From: Camelus dromedarius
Lineage: Eukaryota
Assembly: GCF_036321535.1 (NCBI RefSeq)
Contig: NC_087444.1
Location: 37,076,001-37,140,000 of the forward strand
Reading direction: 5' to 3'
DNA length: 64,000 nucleotides
Below, in pieces: positions 1 through 13,335 of the stretch. The notes beneath the pieces were generated by a model. The model did no database searches. It was not told the origin of the DNA and saw only the letters and a program-made list of their open reading frames with translations. Position 1 is the stretch's first letter; the number at the start of each line of letters is the position of its first letter. The translations under genes and the position numbers were made by a program.

Positions 1-293
1 GCGCGCAGGTTGAGCTCTTCCCCATCGACGACGTCTTTCTGGGCATGTGTCTACAGCGCCTGCGTCTCACACCTGAGCCGCACCCTGCTTTCCGCACCTT
101 TGGTATCTCTCGGCCTTCAGCCGCGCCGCACTTACGCACCTTTGACCCCTGCTTTTACCGCGAGCTTCTTGTAGTGCACGGGCTCTCCGCTGCTGACATC
201 TGGCTTATGTGGCACCTGCTGCACGGACCGCGTGGGCCAGCCTGTGCGCATCCATGGCCTGTCGCTACTGGCCCTTTCCAGTGGGGCCCCTAG
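1..293 (+). CDS. B3GNT9: Beta-1,3-N-acetylglucosaminyltransferase 9, C-terminal part of CDS (5' truncated by window edge; frame starts at nt 3)
   Basis: Translation [96 protein letters not shown]. It carries the GT31-family IDDVFLGMC motif and matches the B3GNT9 C-terminus as I recall it. TAG at 291-293. Synteny with PHAF1 and CBFB. Confidence 0.95.
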   Translation, partial: AQVELFPIDDVFLGMCLQRLRLTPEPHPAFRTFGISRPSAAPHLRTFDPCFYRELLVVHGLSAADIWLMWHLLHGPRGPACAHPWPVATGPFQWGP

Positions 294-1216
294 CCACTTA
301 TCACAGCACCCAGCTCCCCTCATTCAGACCCAGGATGTAGTGGGAGGTGGTTTTAATGGTAGGTTTCCCAGGGCGGATTACTGCGGTGTGTATGGTTCTT
401 CCGCAGAAAAGGGCGTGAGTTCAGGATCCAGCCCCACTATCACCAGGAGTCTGCCGCCTCAGGGTCTCAGGGATTGAAGATTGAGCTTGGCTCCTGCTGA
501 CCTACCCTAATGGGAGGTGATCTGGAACCAATCAAATGGTGGCTCTTGAGATGGGCAGGGATGAGGTGGTGTACCATCAGGCTCTTTGCCAAGCAGATAA
601 ACATGTTTGGTGCTCCTAGTAGGGACGTGTGTGTGGTGGGAGTGGCAGAGGCTCATGGAATCTGACCATACTCCTTGGCTTGGAATTCCTAGGGCAGACA
701 AATGCAGGTCTTTCTCAAGGATGGCCCCACAGGGAGGGGCGGGGGTAGGGACCTGACCTCAGTCCTTATGGGACTGGCTGGCATTCTCCCACAACTCAAT
801 CTGAAAGTAGGTGTTTTGCTTCCTACCTGTCCCTTCAAAGTGGATTCTTAATCCTGTCCAGGTCTTTAGTTCTCCTACTGTCTGCTTTCCTGGGGCCAAC
901 TCCCGAGCCCTGGACTGGATGGAACACCAGGGATGGAGACACACAAGGACTGAGGGCATTGTCCTACCTAAAGTCTTTCACCACCTCCAGCTACCCACTG
1001 AAAAAGAACCTACAACCACAAAACTGAGTCTCCTACTGGAGGCCATGCTGCCCCCTTCAGAGGAGCCAAGGAACCTCTTCTCCTAAGATGACTTCACTAT
1101 TAATTTCCCCATATTCTTCAACCACCCCCTTTCTCATCCCCCACCAAAAAACAATGCCTCCATGCTTATTTTAGTACAAACACCCCAGCAACAGCATATT
1201 GCTGAGGGCATAGGTC

Positions 1217-1222
1217 TTTATT
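1217..1222 (-). terminator. PHAF1: Candidate PHAF1 polyadenylation signal AATAAA (3'UTR about 1200-2555)
   Basis: tttatt on + at 1217-1222, about 1.33 kb past the stop, followed on - by U/G-rich sequence. Confidence 0.7.
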
Positions 1223-1825
1223 GGAGGAGGGGTGTGGGCAGGGCATGAGGAAGGTTCCCCCATTCTAGGAGGATGGGAACAGTCCTGGCTGCCCCACAGT
1301 GGGATGTGCAGGGTGTCTCTGGCCAGGCCACAGTCCACATGGGAAGACACTAATCAGTCACAAAGTCATGGGAATGCCACACAAGCCTGGCTATATGCCC
1401 AGGAACCACAAAGGAGCCCGNNNNNNNNNNNNNNNNNNNNNNNNNNNNNNNNNNNNNNNNNNNNNNNNNNNNNNNNNNNNNNNNNNNNNNNNNNNNNNNN
1501 NNNNNNNNNNNNNNNNNNNNNNNNNNNNNNNNNNNNNNNNNNNNNNNNNNNNNNNNNNNNNNNNNNNNNNNNNNNNNNNNNNNNNNNNNNNNNNNNNNNN
1601 NNNNNNNNNNNNNNNNNNNNNNNNNNNNNNNNNNNNNNTTCCTTAGTAAGTCCCATGAAGAGACTGAGCAGCCAGCCCTCCTTGAGCCCCAGAGGCCTTG
1701 AGCCATGAATGGGCCTGGCCAGGAGACACTGCCCTGGCTTGGGACAGCGAAGCCAAGCCCATAGTGCAGGACAGAATGCTGAAACACAACAAAAGGAGGA
1801 AGATGTCTTTGGCTAAAACTTTGGC

Positions 1826-1835
1826 ATTAAATAAA
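1826..1835 (+). terminator. B3GNT9: Possible B3GNT9 polyA signal (overlapping ATTAAA/AATAAA)
   Basis: First AATAAA I could read on + after the stop. The true signal may instead lie in the 1421-1638 gap, and the downstream GU element is weak. Confidence 0.35.
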
Positions 1836-2555
1836 AGAGGCAGACAAGATGGAAACATGCAGCCCCGCCAGCCAGGTTGGGCAGAGTAGGGGCACAGGCA
1901 ACCCTGAAGGCTCGCTCCAAGAGGGGTGGGAACCAGGTCTGGGCACATAACTCAATGGTAGAAAGTTGTTTCAACCACTTGGGAGTGCCTACTGGGCCTA
2001 GCAGAGAGCGCGTGCAAGAAAGGAAGAGGGAAGGGCAGGTGGGCCACCTTGGGCACAGCCAGCTCATCAAGTAACTAAAGTGGATGTAGTGCAAAAGTCG
2101 CAACCAAGTACTGTGGACATGCTACCTGCTTGCCTTAAGGGTAATGTGGCAATGTTGGGCCAAAGGCAGGACCTTGTCCTCGTCCTGGGTTCCTGTGTCC
2201 TCAGCCACAGAAAGAGCCCCAAGTTTTCCAATGTGTATGGGACAGGGGAGACAGAACCCTGCCTCCTTACATTAGTAGAGAGCTCCTGGGTCCAGGTATC
2301 AAGGCTCAGAGTTTGTGCTTCTCTCTGCAGTCTGCGTCCCCTGTTGGCACCAGCAGGCTGAGAACAGACAGAGGAATATCTGGCTCTCTCACCCCACGGC
2401 ATAACATCCAGCCTGAGCCCCACCTCAGAACATCACAACAGCCCTTCCATGCTGGTAAGGTGTCCGACAAAACCCACAGGGTAGCACAGGGAGGCCCACT
2501 GGACAAGATGTGAAGCACAATTCCATGGGGCAGAGGGACATGGGTGGTGATGTCC

Positions 2556-2639
2556 CTAGGGGAGCTCTGTTCTCAGGTGGGCACCAGGCCTAGGGGGGCC
2601 ATAAAGTGTCACTGAGGCAATGTGGTTATTCTGCATGAC
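2556..2639 (-). CDS. PHAF1: PHAF1 exon 16 coding part, VMQNNHIASVTLYGPPRPGAHLRTELP*
   Basis: tag| acceptor at 2640-2642, TAG stop at 2558-2556; total CDS 1266 nt (421 aa) if exon 8 is 113 nt. Confidence 0.96.
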   Translation of the reverse strand, partial: VMQNNHIASVTLYGPPRPGAHLRTELP

Positions 2640-3226
2640 CTAGAATGAGAAGAGGACAGTGAGTCAAGGGGGAGGAATAGAAGGGATGTAAGCAGAGCAG
2701 GCAACAGGACCCACAAAAACCACCACTGTGACTTGAGGGAAGGGACTTGAGGCAGCTCCTGTGCACAGGGGTTGGAACCTGTGTGTGTAACACACCAGCC
2801 ACGGGGCTGGGCTGATGCCTCAGCACCTCCGAAATCATGCTAGAGGTCTTCTCTGCCCTCATGTCTGCCTGTTCCTCTGGGATACATCAACTCCACCATG
2901 CCCATTTGTCCAGTCCTGGACACACTAGGGGTCCAGGTTATGGCATCCAGATGGGAAAACAGGGGCAGCTCATTCTTCTTCCAAGCCAGTGGGGACTCTA
3001 TAGACAGTCACCCCATAGCACATTCATTCACGTGCCATTTAAAGGCCTCCAACATCCCTAGACTTAGCCCCACTTGCCCTGTGGTTCTCATTCCTACTGT
3101 ACTCGCGTTTTCAAATCTACATGTAGGATCCTCATTACCTCTCAGTTTGTTGGATTAACTTGCTCAGCAGGTTAGGCGCTCCCTTCCCAATCTCTCTCAA
3201 TCATTCGCCTGTCCTTGCCATGACTA

Positions 3227-3385
<159 letters not shown>

Positions 3386-3952
3386 CTAGTCACTTTTGGG
3401 ATGGGGGCTATTAGCTAATGATCTCTTATGGCTTTGAGCTTCTGTTTGCCACACAAGTCCTTGAGGTCCCAGGCACAGTGACAGGTCTCATTCAAGCTCT
3501 GAATCCTACATAGTCCAGCTGTCACAGAAGTTATTATGCAATTGGACTGGAGTGGTGCAAAGTCAGGAAGAAGAGGAGCCTCAGGCAGCATGGTAACCAG
3601 GTATTGAGTTGTGAGCTACGGCAGGTAGCAGCTTTGAGAGGGGAAAGAGCACAGGACAGCTAGTCAAAACTACCTCCCTTTCTGAGTAACTAGGGGTGAA
3701 GAGGTCCCCATACCTGGAGGCAGGTGGGGAAGGAGGGAGAGCTATCCCCAGGGGGCAACCTCTCTGGTACAGGTAAACACGGAGAACAGCTGGCCCAGTC
3801 CTAACATACAAGGTTGGGTCAGGAAGTCTGTTTGTGGCAACACCAGAAATTTCTGTCATTTTTAAGTCATACCCACTGCTAGAGACTTCCCTAGGCCTTC
3901 TGGGCTGTAAGGAGCTGGATGGGGTAGTTAGAGACAGCAACTTCCCACTCAC

Positions 3953-4011
3953 CTATGCAGGACAACAGGCTTCTCCACAGGGTGGCCCAGAAGTTCCTGG
4001 ATGTTGTCCCA
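3953..4011 (-). CDS. PHAF1: PHAF1 exon 14, 59 nt, WDNIQELLGHPVEKPVVLH(R)
   Basis: cag| acceptor, AG|gtgagt donor. Confidence 0.97.
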
Positions 4012-4162
4012 CTGCAAGAGGGGTGGTGGGTGACGGGATTAGCAGGGACCTGACCATGCCTGTGACCAATGGCTGGCCCAAAGGATATGGGGCCCTAGAC
4101 TGCTGGCAGGCTCACACCCACCTCATTTTCAGAATGTGTCAGGTGGGAAAATAGAAGTTTAC

Positions 4163-4206
4163 CTTGCTGTAGGTTGTGCATGTTTCTGTCTGACCATCTG
4201 TGTTTT
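4163..4206 (-). CDS. PHAF1: PHAF1 exon 13, 44 nt, (E)NTDGQTETCTTYSK
   Basis: cag| acceptor, AAG|gtaaac donor. Confidence 0.96.
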
Positions 4207-4580
4207 CTGAAAAGAGAACACACTATGGTTGATAGCTGGCCTGGCCTGTATTCAGTTCCATATCTATTCAGGTAGATGGCTCAGCTCACCTGTGACACCA
4301 GCCTAGCCACCATATGCACTGGGACTGAAGTTTGGACACCAGTAATCTCAGTCATAGGATAAGACCTTTAGGGCCTCCAGGAGACTATAGACCAAGAACA
4401 AGGCAACCCCCAGAATAAAGAGCCCAACCAGGCGAGCTGAGGCTATATGGGCAGAAGCAGATGGGCAAAGACTCCACAAAACCTACTAATACCACCCTCT
4501 CTGCGTGGATCATCATCTCTTCTCATTTTGAGAGACTGACTCTAAACCCTTTTCTTACCCTGAGGACATTGACTACTTAC

Positions 4581-4624
4581 CTCTCTTTATGGTTAGTGGG
4601 ATCTTGAACTCACAGCGGTGATAA
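4581..4624 (-). CDS. PHAF1: PHAF1 exon 12, 44 nt, (I)YHRCEFKIPLTIKR(E)
   Basis: tag| acceptor, G|gtaagt donor. Confidence 0.96.
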
Positions 4625-4779
4625 CTAGAGAGAGAAGGCAGAAGGGTAAAGGGTGGACGCCCTGGGAGGCCTCATCACCCCTGCATCTGCACCCCAGGAA
4701 AAACAGAATCAAGATCACTTGCCCAAAGCCCTGGCTCTGGGCTCGACACAGTTTTCACTAGGAGAGGACAGATTTGGGC

Positions 4780-4940
4780 ACTGGAGTCAGAAAAGGGACC
4801 AGCTTGGGGGGCTGAAGACCCTATTATCTATCAGAAGCCAAGCTTTCTGAACCTATTTCCCTATTTGTAAAATGGGTATAAATGGAGAGATGCAAGGTAA
4901 TGGACACTATACCAGGAACAGAGCACTCAGGAAACGTTCA
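4780..4940 (+). mobile_element. MIR (diverged)
   Basis: ttctgaacctatttccctatttgtaaaatggg. Confidence 0.55.
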
Positions 4941-5042
4941 CTGCCCATGAAACAGCAAACGTCCAAAGCCACAAGCTCTCCTTCCTGGGGATTTTTTTAG
5001 CTCAAAACTCACTTCTTGGAGGGGCAGGTATAGGTATACTCA

Positions 5043-5162
<120 letters not shown>

Positions 5163-6510
5163 TTACTGAGGCAGGGCAGGGGCCTTTCGAGGGCATGTCC
5201 AAGTTGGTGACTCCCACTCCACAATGGGGATGCCCTCAGGGAACAGTTTTTCCCCAAATAACAGTCAAGGGGACAGCTGAGGCTAAGTAGCCTTAACAGG
5301 ACACGGTGGGGCAGGGGGTAGGGGGCACGCAATGGGATGATGACACACACCCAACCACCTATAGGCCTCCCCATCCTAAACTTTGTACTAGCAGGCCCGG
5401 CAGACACAGGGGTTACAGTTCCTACTGCTTGGGAACCCAAACATAGTCAGGGAGATCTTTCCTGACAAAAAGGACCTGGTGAAAAATCTAACTGAGCACA
5501 GATTTTGACTTAAAGGCTACCAGGAGGATTCAGGGGCCACCTGACTCTAAGGGGCTCAAGGCACCTGGCTATTCTGAATGCCATGACCTGCCAGGCACTT
5601 CCACAGAGCGGGCCTGTGGAAGTCAGCAACCCCTGGAACTGAAATTCCAGCTTCCAGTCAGGACTCAGATCTGGATGACATTACCTACTCAACACTTCTT
5701 GTACCCTTCCCCCAACTCTTCCCAGCTTCACATCCTGCCAGCTGTTCACACCTGTGACTCCAGGATTACCCCAGACTGCACTCTTCCACCAATAGCTATA
5801 CCATGTCCTATTAGAGTTGGTCCATTCACTACAACTTCCACTTATCACTGGCCCTGGAACTCAAAAAGAGGTCCAGCTTACAATAGTGCCATTCTCTCCT
5901 GCCACCATCCTACCATCAAGAGTTTATGATCCCACTGCCACTGCCCCACTACTCCTGGATCCTCTTTGGTCTTTTCCACACCAGCAGACCCAGTCCCCCT
6001 TTCTTACTCTCGGGGTATACTCTTTCTTTGCTCAGGACCTCAGGTCCTAGAAAGCCAAAAGGTTAGAAGACCCAAGAGGCCAGCAATGCCCTCTGAGATG
6101 CATCCTGCTAGACAACCATTTCTCTCACACACATCACATATACCAGCTGGACTGTCAGCACTGATGGTGGCCACAGCTCCATTCAGCACCTTAGGCCCAG
6201 AGCATAGGGCTTCAGCAATGCCTCTGGGGTGATTCCCTAAAACTACAAAAGCACACTCCCAGTCTTTAAACCATTTTTTGTCTCTCTGTTTTGTGACTCC
6301 AGAAGAAGGTCTTATGTTCTACAAAATAGCAGTTCCCAAAACATCTTGAAGCTAAATGATTCCTGCACTTTTGGAGCTTGTTTCCCTCAGAAAAGAAGTC
6401 AAGATACACCAGGAAACTTGGTGTTTCTTAGCAATCCTGGTGTCAGGAAAGGTCTACTTTGGGGTACCAATGCCAATGCAAAACAGCACTGGTAAAGCCA
6501 CCTGGGGCTA

Positions 6511-6762
<252 letters not shown>

Positions 6763-7064
6763 TTAAATGAGTCTGTAGATTGTGTTTCTTGTATAACATT
6801 AATCTAATGGGTAAGCAAGAGTGTGGGAGTGCCAGATGCTGGTGCCCAACAACCCAGCCAGCTTTGGCAGATTATAGACTGGGCCCCGGTCTCCAAGGAA
6901 AGGCAGAACAATCTGACCAACAGGGGTCAGAAAAGAGCTTTCAATTTACTTCTCCATCAGCTTTAATAGAACAGGTTCTATAGGAAAATAGCAAATAGTT
7001 TATATTTAATATTAAGTTAATGTTGATTAAAAAAAAAAAAGACAGAGACCACCTATTCACTTTA

Positions 7065-7319
<255 letters not shown>

Positions 7320-7459
7320 TTATCAGGTCCGGCTGAGGGGCAAGACCGCATGTAAGCAGAAATACCAGGTCATCAGGACTTGAGATGCTACATGAGGTCT
7401 CTACTCAAAATAATGCCAGAGACTCAACTCAATCCCACAAAAGTGACATGGAGCTCTGG

Positions 7460-7680
7460 AAACGTCATTCACTGACTCACCAGTTACTCATTGACACCAT
7501 GGGCTAGGACACTTTGCTAAACATTGAGGAAGCAAAGGTGAGCAAAACAGGTACAGCCTCTGCCCACACTGGTGCTTACGGTGTGGAGATTCCAATCAGA
7601 CCATCACACAACTGTGGTACAAGGTACAATAAACAGCAGCACAGGTGCTGTGGACATATAAAAATGGGGGCTATTGTCTC
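7460..7680 (-). mobile_element. L2 3' fragment
   Basis: cattcactgactcac...ttgctaaacattgagga...cagcctctgcccacactggtgcttac. Confidence 0.55.
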
Positions 7681-9858
7681 TTACAACTGTCCAGGTCCCG
7701 ACAAAATACAAGGATTTATATTAAGAAGTAATTCTCAGTGGTAACCCCCAGCAAGAGACTGGACCTGAAGATCACTCTATAGATGAGCCAAGAGCGAAGA
7801 ATCCATTAACTTACTCCCTAATTCTACACACACCTGATAGACCCACCAACTCTCAAGAGACAAACTGGGAAAGTGGGAGAATGAAAAAACCTCATTTGCC
7901 AAAAGTTTCTCCTTTGGGGAGAATCTTTAAACCCTGACTTTTTCTAATACATTTCAGAAATGGTTCCAGTTAAACATACATATGCAGAAGTGGTTGTGGA
8001 ATACCAAGAGACACACCAACAATAAAATTTCCCCCATTCTGTGGATAGGAAGACAAAGTATTCTGCCCAAAGTGAAAAAGGAAGCCAAGAATCCAGAGGA
8101 TTACAATTCCTGGTACCATGAAAATCACTATCATCACCTTACTCTGCACAGGGCTTTACAGTTGACAAAGCTCTTTCTTGTATAACAATCCATTTTTTAT
8201 ATACAGAAGACTTCAGGAATCCAAAATCTGAAATAAAGAGGTACTGAGTTCTCCAACTAAGCCAAGAGTCTTTATTTAGTCACAGCACAAACACACTGAG
8301 TGACAAAATAAAATGAAAGCTGTGTTTAAATTAACCAGGTCCTGGGAAAAAGCACAGTCCACATTAACCTATAAGTCTATAAATCTTGCAGCTTAGGCAA
8401 GCCTGGGTGACCTACAGAACCCACCAAAAGTCCTGTCAAGCTGGACTGTGTGCCCGAAGTCTCCAGATACCAGATACTCACGAATGTCTAGATGGGGTTA
8501 CAGGGAAGGCACCCTTCACAGGTGAGTCTCCTCTCTTGTCTCACTCTACCTGAAGCCTCCTCAGGTAAAATTACCCTTAGTTTTAGGAGACTATTTTAGT
8601 TTCTGATTGCCTGGAGTGAGTCTTCCTATAAATTATTGTGAGGATCAAGACAGTTGAATAGACTTTCCACATTAAAATCATCACTGTAGCCACAGTCCAT
8701 AGGAGAAAGATGTAAGAAAGGAGTTGCCAGGGACAAGCTACCTTTAAGCTTGTCAAAGGACACTCTCAGTGAGTACTGGGTTGGATAATAACTCATTGAC
8801 GTCTTGACCGTAACAAAGTGTTTTCCCCACTGACCCTGAAAGCAGTGAGATGTGACTGCTAGAAGTGTCCTGTACAGGGTGGAAGTCAGAATTGGTTGAG
8901 AACTCCCCTCTCCAGCCTCTCAACAGGCTCCTCCTGCTGTCATCTGGGATAACAGCACCATCCTTGACTACCCTACTGTTTCAAGTAGCAGCCCTTCTGC
9001 TCTGAGAAGACCCTAAATCACTCAATCTTGCTGCCACATCTCAAGTCTCTCAAAAATTCTAGCTCAGGTGCAATGTTCCTTTAAGTAGCTAGTGTTCTGC
9101 CATGGCTGGACAATATATTTTTTTAAATTTCTAACCTGGAGCCTGTGAACTGTCTTAATTATTCAGGGGGATGAGTTCAGTTTATATACAAGATTCATTA
9201 ACAGTTAAGATCTGACACCCCAGAGACTGATGCAAGACCCCAGCTTATGAATAAACACTGGCTAGACTATGAGCTCCATGAAAGAATGCCCTTTCATGGA
9301 GCTCACAGTCCCCAGACCAACTTTATGGAGGTAAACCCCACTGGAGGACCTCGGTATTACTACACATAATCCAAGGTCTGAAGGAGCTAAGATTATCCAG
9401 GCACAAGAAAATCACAAGATGAAGCGTGAATCCTGAAGAGACCAACCACTTGAAGGCAGCAACTCTTTTTTTTGTTCACAGTCAGCAAAACTCAGCAGGG
9501 TGTGGCCATGCCACAATTCAACAAGTTCTTCTTGCCAGCCTTCTCTGAGAAATGGGCGCAAAGAGTGGAAAACGGGAGAACAGACAACACTGTAGCCCTT
9601 AAGATATATCTCCAGGACCTGGGAACCACTGCAAAACTACATTAAGTACACAGAAGGCTGATGTACATGCTGAGGGAAGCAGTGTTACTGTCATTTATTA
9701 AGATTTGCTCAAGATAAGACCGTCTTGTCCCTTCACAAATTTAAATGAAAACTTTAACCATAATCATCTGCGCCATTTGTCTTCTACCAACTATCTCTAA
9801 GCACGTGGCATTTTAAACTGTGTCAACAAGGATATAATGGAGAATCCACCACTCTAAA

Positions 9859-9990
9859 NNNNNNNNNNNNNNNNNNNNNNNNNNNNNNNNNNNNNNNNNN
9901 NNNNNNNNNNNNNNNNNNNNNNNNNNNNNNNNNNNNNNNNNNNNNNNNNNNNNNNNNNNNNNNNNNNNNNNNNNNNNNNNNNNNNNNNNN
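9859..9990 (-). other. PHAF1: N gap inferred to contain PHAF1 exon 8 (expected about 113 nt, roughly APMMPLSC...RLLAAG in human)
   Basis: Exon 7 ends in phase 2 and exon 9 starts in phase 1, so an exon is required. No matching sequence is readable between 7217 and 10075. The right flank on - reads tctgctcattctgtgcctgc, a polypyrimidine tract lacking only the ag. A 132-nt gap fits ag + 113 + 17. The exon itself is not visible. Confidence 0.8.
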
Positions 9991-10068
9991 GCAGGCACAG
10001 AATGAGCAGAGGCTTTGCCCTCCCTCCCAGGCAACCCACGGCCTTAGCATGAAGCTTGTGCCCCCTCA

Positions 10069-10251
<183 letters not shown>

Positions 10252-10810
10252 CTACACTTCAATTAAAACAACAAGACAAATACACTTCAGGCCATGTGAC
10301 TCAGGCTCTGGCATTTCCCTAAAACTCATGGTCTTCAAAAACTGGCCAGGTCAAAGCACACAATCAAACCTGCCTCCAGGTCAAAAAATTCACACCAACC
10401 ATGGAAGTTCTTCCTTAATGTTACTTAGTTTTTCATTCTTTCATCAAGGAGAAAATGCAGAAATGCCTCCTTTAAGAAAATGTAAACTTACAAAAACCTA
10501 TCATTTCATAACCCTAAGGATGCTGTTGCCTAAGGATGAATGAAACATTTTGCTAAAAGCAATAGATAACTGAAAATCCAGGATGAATTCTCTCAAATTC
10601 TAGGCCATTGAGAAAAACTGCAGTGATCTGGTGTTTTAAACTACATGACAGAGATTTACTTACGAAAAATGAGCTCAACCTCACTCTTCAGCTGGAAGTG
10701 CCCTCTTCCTGGGAATGCCAGCCTGAGCTTTGTTCTGTCAACTTCACCCACTCTACCCACCCTGACCCCTGAAGATATCAAAGACGATGAAACCAAAGAA
10801 AGGGTACCTA

Positions 10811-11378
<568 letters not shown>

Positions 11379-12028
11379 TTAATAACAGGCTTTGCAGGAT
11401 AGACTCACAGATCATTGGAGAAGGTGGTTGGAAGCTCTTAAAATGCAGGTGGGTGAGTCTACAATTGCATCAAAATAAAAGTTTAACTACAGAACTTTTA
11501 AATAATGAGGTCAGAAATAGCCAATTCTCCTAAGGCTGATATACAGAATTAATCTTCTAGATCCTCTCAAGACATCTGTGGCCACCAGGATCAGCTCAGA
11601 AGGAAATAAATCCAGCCTCAACCTCATGGCATTTGGACTTGGATAGAGTAGTCACAGAAATAGACAGTGTTAATGTGTTTTCCCAGGATGCCTACTTGTA
11701 GTGTGGCTTGAAAAGGAATTTTCTTAAGAGTATAGCCAAGCAAGGCAGCTTGTTTCCCTAAAAGGCAGAGCCAGCACTCATGGACTGGGTGAATGGGTAC
11801 GTGGATGGAAAGGAATGGATCCCAAGCAAAGGAAAAACACCTGGGAGGGGGATGGGCTTGGAAGCAAGGAAGGGCATATGATTTCAGATGATGGACACAA
11901 AGATAAGTCATTTATGACTTTAAGGAAAATGCTTAGAGGTTAAGAATAATTTTTTAAAAAATTAGTATCATTTATGAAACACCTGTTTTTAAATTTTTAT
12001 TTCATTTTTTTTATTTTTAATTAATTCA

Positions 12029-12165
12029 TTTAAAAAATTCTGGGGGGAGGTCATTAGGTCTATTTGTTTATTATTAGTTTTTTTTTAATTGGGGGTACTG
12101 GGAATTGAACCCAGAACCTCATGCATGCTAAGCATGTGCTGTACCATTTGAGCTAGACCCTCCCC
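12029..12165 (-). mobile_element. Camelid tRNA-derived SINE (Vic-1-like) with 10-bp TSD aattaattca
   Basis: A/B-box-like tRNA head and A-rich tail; TSD at 12019-12028 and 12166-12175. Confidence 0.85.
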
Positions 12166-12180
12166 AATTAATTCACTTTT

Positions 12181-12369
12181 TAAATTTTAATTTTTTATTG
12201 AAGTATAGTTAATTTACAAAGTTTCAGGTGTACAGCAAAGTGATTCAGATATATATATATATATATATATATAAATACATATTTATATATATAAAAATAC
12301 TTATTTTTTTCAGATTCTTTTCCATTATAGATTACAAGATACTGAATGTAGTTCCCTGCACTATACAGT
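12181..12369 (-). mobile_element. L1 3' end (cetartiodactyl-type) with internal (TA)n
   Basis: ttgaagtatagttaatttaca...caggtgtacagcaaagtgattcag...gttccctgcactatacagt. Confidence 0.85.
12249..12273. repeat. (TA)n microsatellite
   Basis: Read directly, inside an L1 3' end. Confidence 0.95.
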
Positions 12370-12371
12370 TG

Positions 12372-12570
12372 TTGAAACCAGGCACTATACTATGTGCTTT
12401 ACCAGCATTATTTCATGTAATCTTCCTAACCCAGCAGCCACATTGGTTTCATTTCTCTAGTGAGAAAAGAAGCTCAAAGAGGTTAAGTGACTTGCCCAAG
12501 TTCACAGAGGTAATAAAATGATGAAGCCATAACTCAAATCCAGGGAAGCCTGACTCTAGACCCCTCACTC
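12372..12570 (-). mobile_element. MIR
   Basis: gaggttaagtgacttgcccaagttcacag core. Confidence 0.8.
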
Positions 12571-13291
12571 TTACCCACTGACTCTTTAGAGGGTAAAGAG
12601 AAGCCAGACCCTGATGTACGAAGGCCCCAACAAGCCAAGAGACAACCAGAATCTGCAGGGGTCAGTGTTATTACACATTTGCTTTATCTACTTCTCTATT
12701 GGCAAACACTGCTCAAGTCAGCCCAGGAGCTGATTCCTTTCACACAACTGAAAAGGCAAAGCTGTTAAGGAAGCTTACTCAATGAAGTATTCTAGATGCC
12801 AGCACAGTGTCTTACCATAATGGGGGCTCAACTATTTGTGCATCATACAGACTATTCCCATTTTCATTCTAAAAAGCAGATTTTGGCCCCCTAATAGTGG
12901 TCCTATTTGGCATTCTCTTCAGCATAGGTTTTGAAGTCAGATCTATTTGGTTTGTCCCACCTCTGGTGGTCATGAAAACATAAAGAGGTGACAGAAGAGG
13001 CTGTGCAAGGAAAGGCAGCTATGACCTAGGAGATGGTCACAGACCTCTGAGCTAAGGTCCTGCTTTGTTGTGGGATTAAATAAGCTGACATCTATGTGAA
13101 GTGTTTTACACACGGTGTTTTCTTCATGAGGTTTCCTTCTCTTCCCCAGGAAACTGAGTAGGCTTGAAGGCTGCCTGAAGACATCATGGCACCAGAACTG
13201 CTGCAGATGGGTATCCTTTACTAACTTAATATGGGGAGCAGATAAAGTCCATGTGTACCAAGCCTATGACACATACCAGGAGAAAACTTAC

Positions 13292-13335
13292 CAATATTTT
13301 AACTTTACTTTAGTTAAGTCATATACTTCAATCAC
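13292..13335 (-). CDS. PHAF1: PHAF1 exon 4, 44 nt, VIEVYDLTKVKLKY(C)
   Basis: tag| acceptor, TG|gtaagt donor. Confidence 0.96.

Noticed and set aside
5308-5336. G-run motif in PHAF1 intron 10, and a similar one at 27156-27193
   Set aside because: On the non-coding strand or with long loops; common in GC-rich mammalian DNA with no further support.
8476-8481. Strong donor-like GTGAGT in PHAF1 intron 8 as a site for the missing exon 8
   Set aside because: Upstream sequence does not encode the expected peptide and has no polypyrimidine-AG acceptor.
9828-9835. ATATCCTT on -, resembling a U12 AT-AC donor for PHAF1 intron 8
   Set aside because: The sequence between it and the gap does not encode the expected RLLAAG end of exon 8, and the exon 9 acceptor is a typical U2 CAG.
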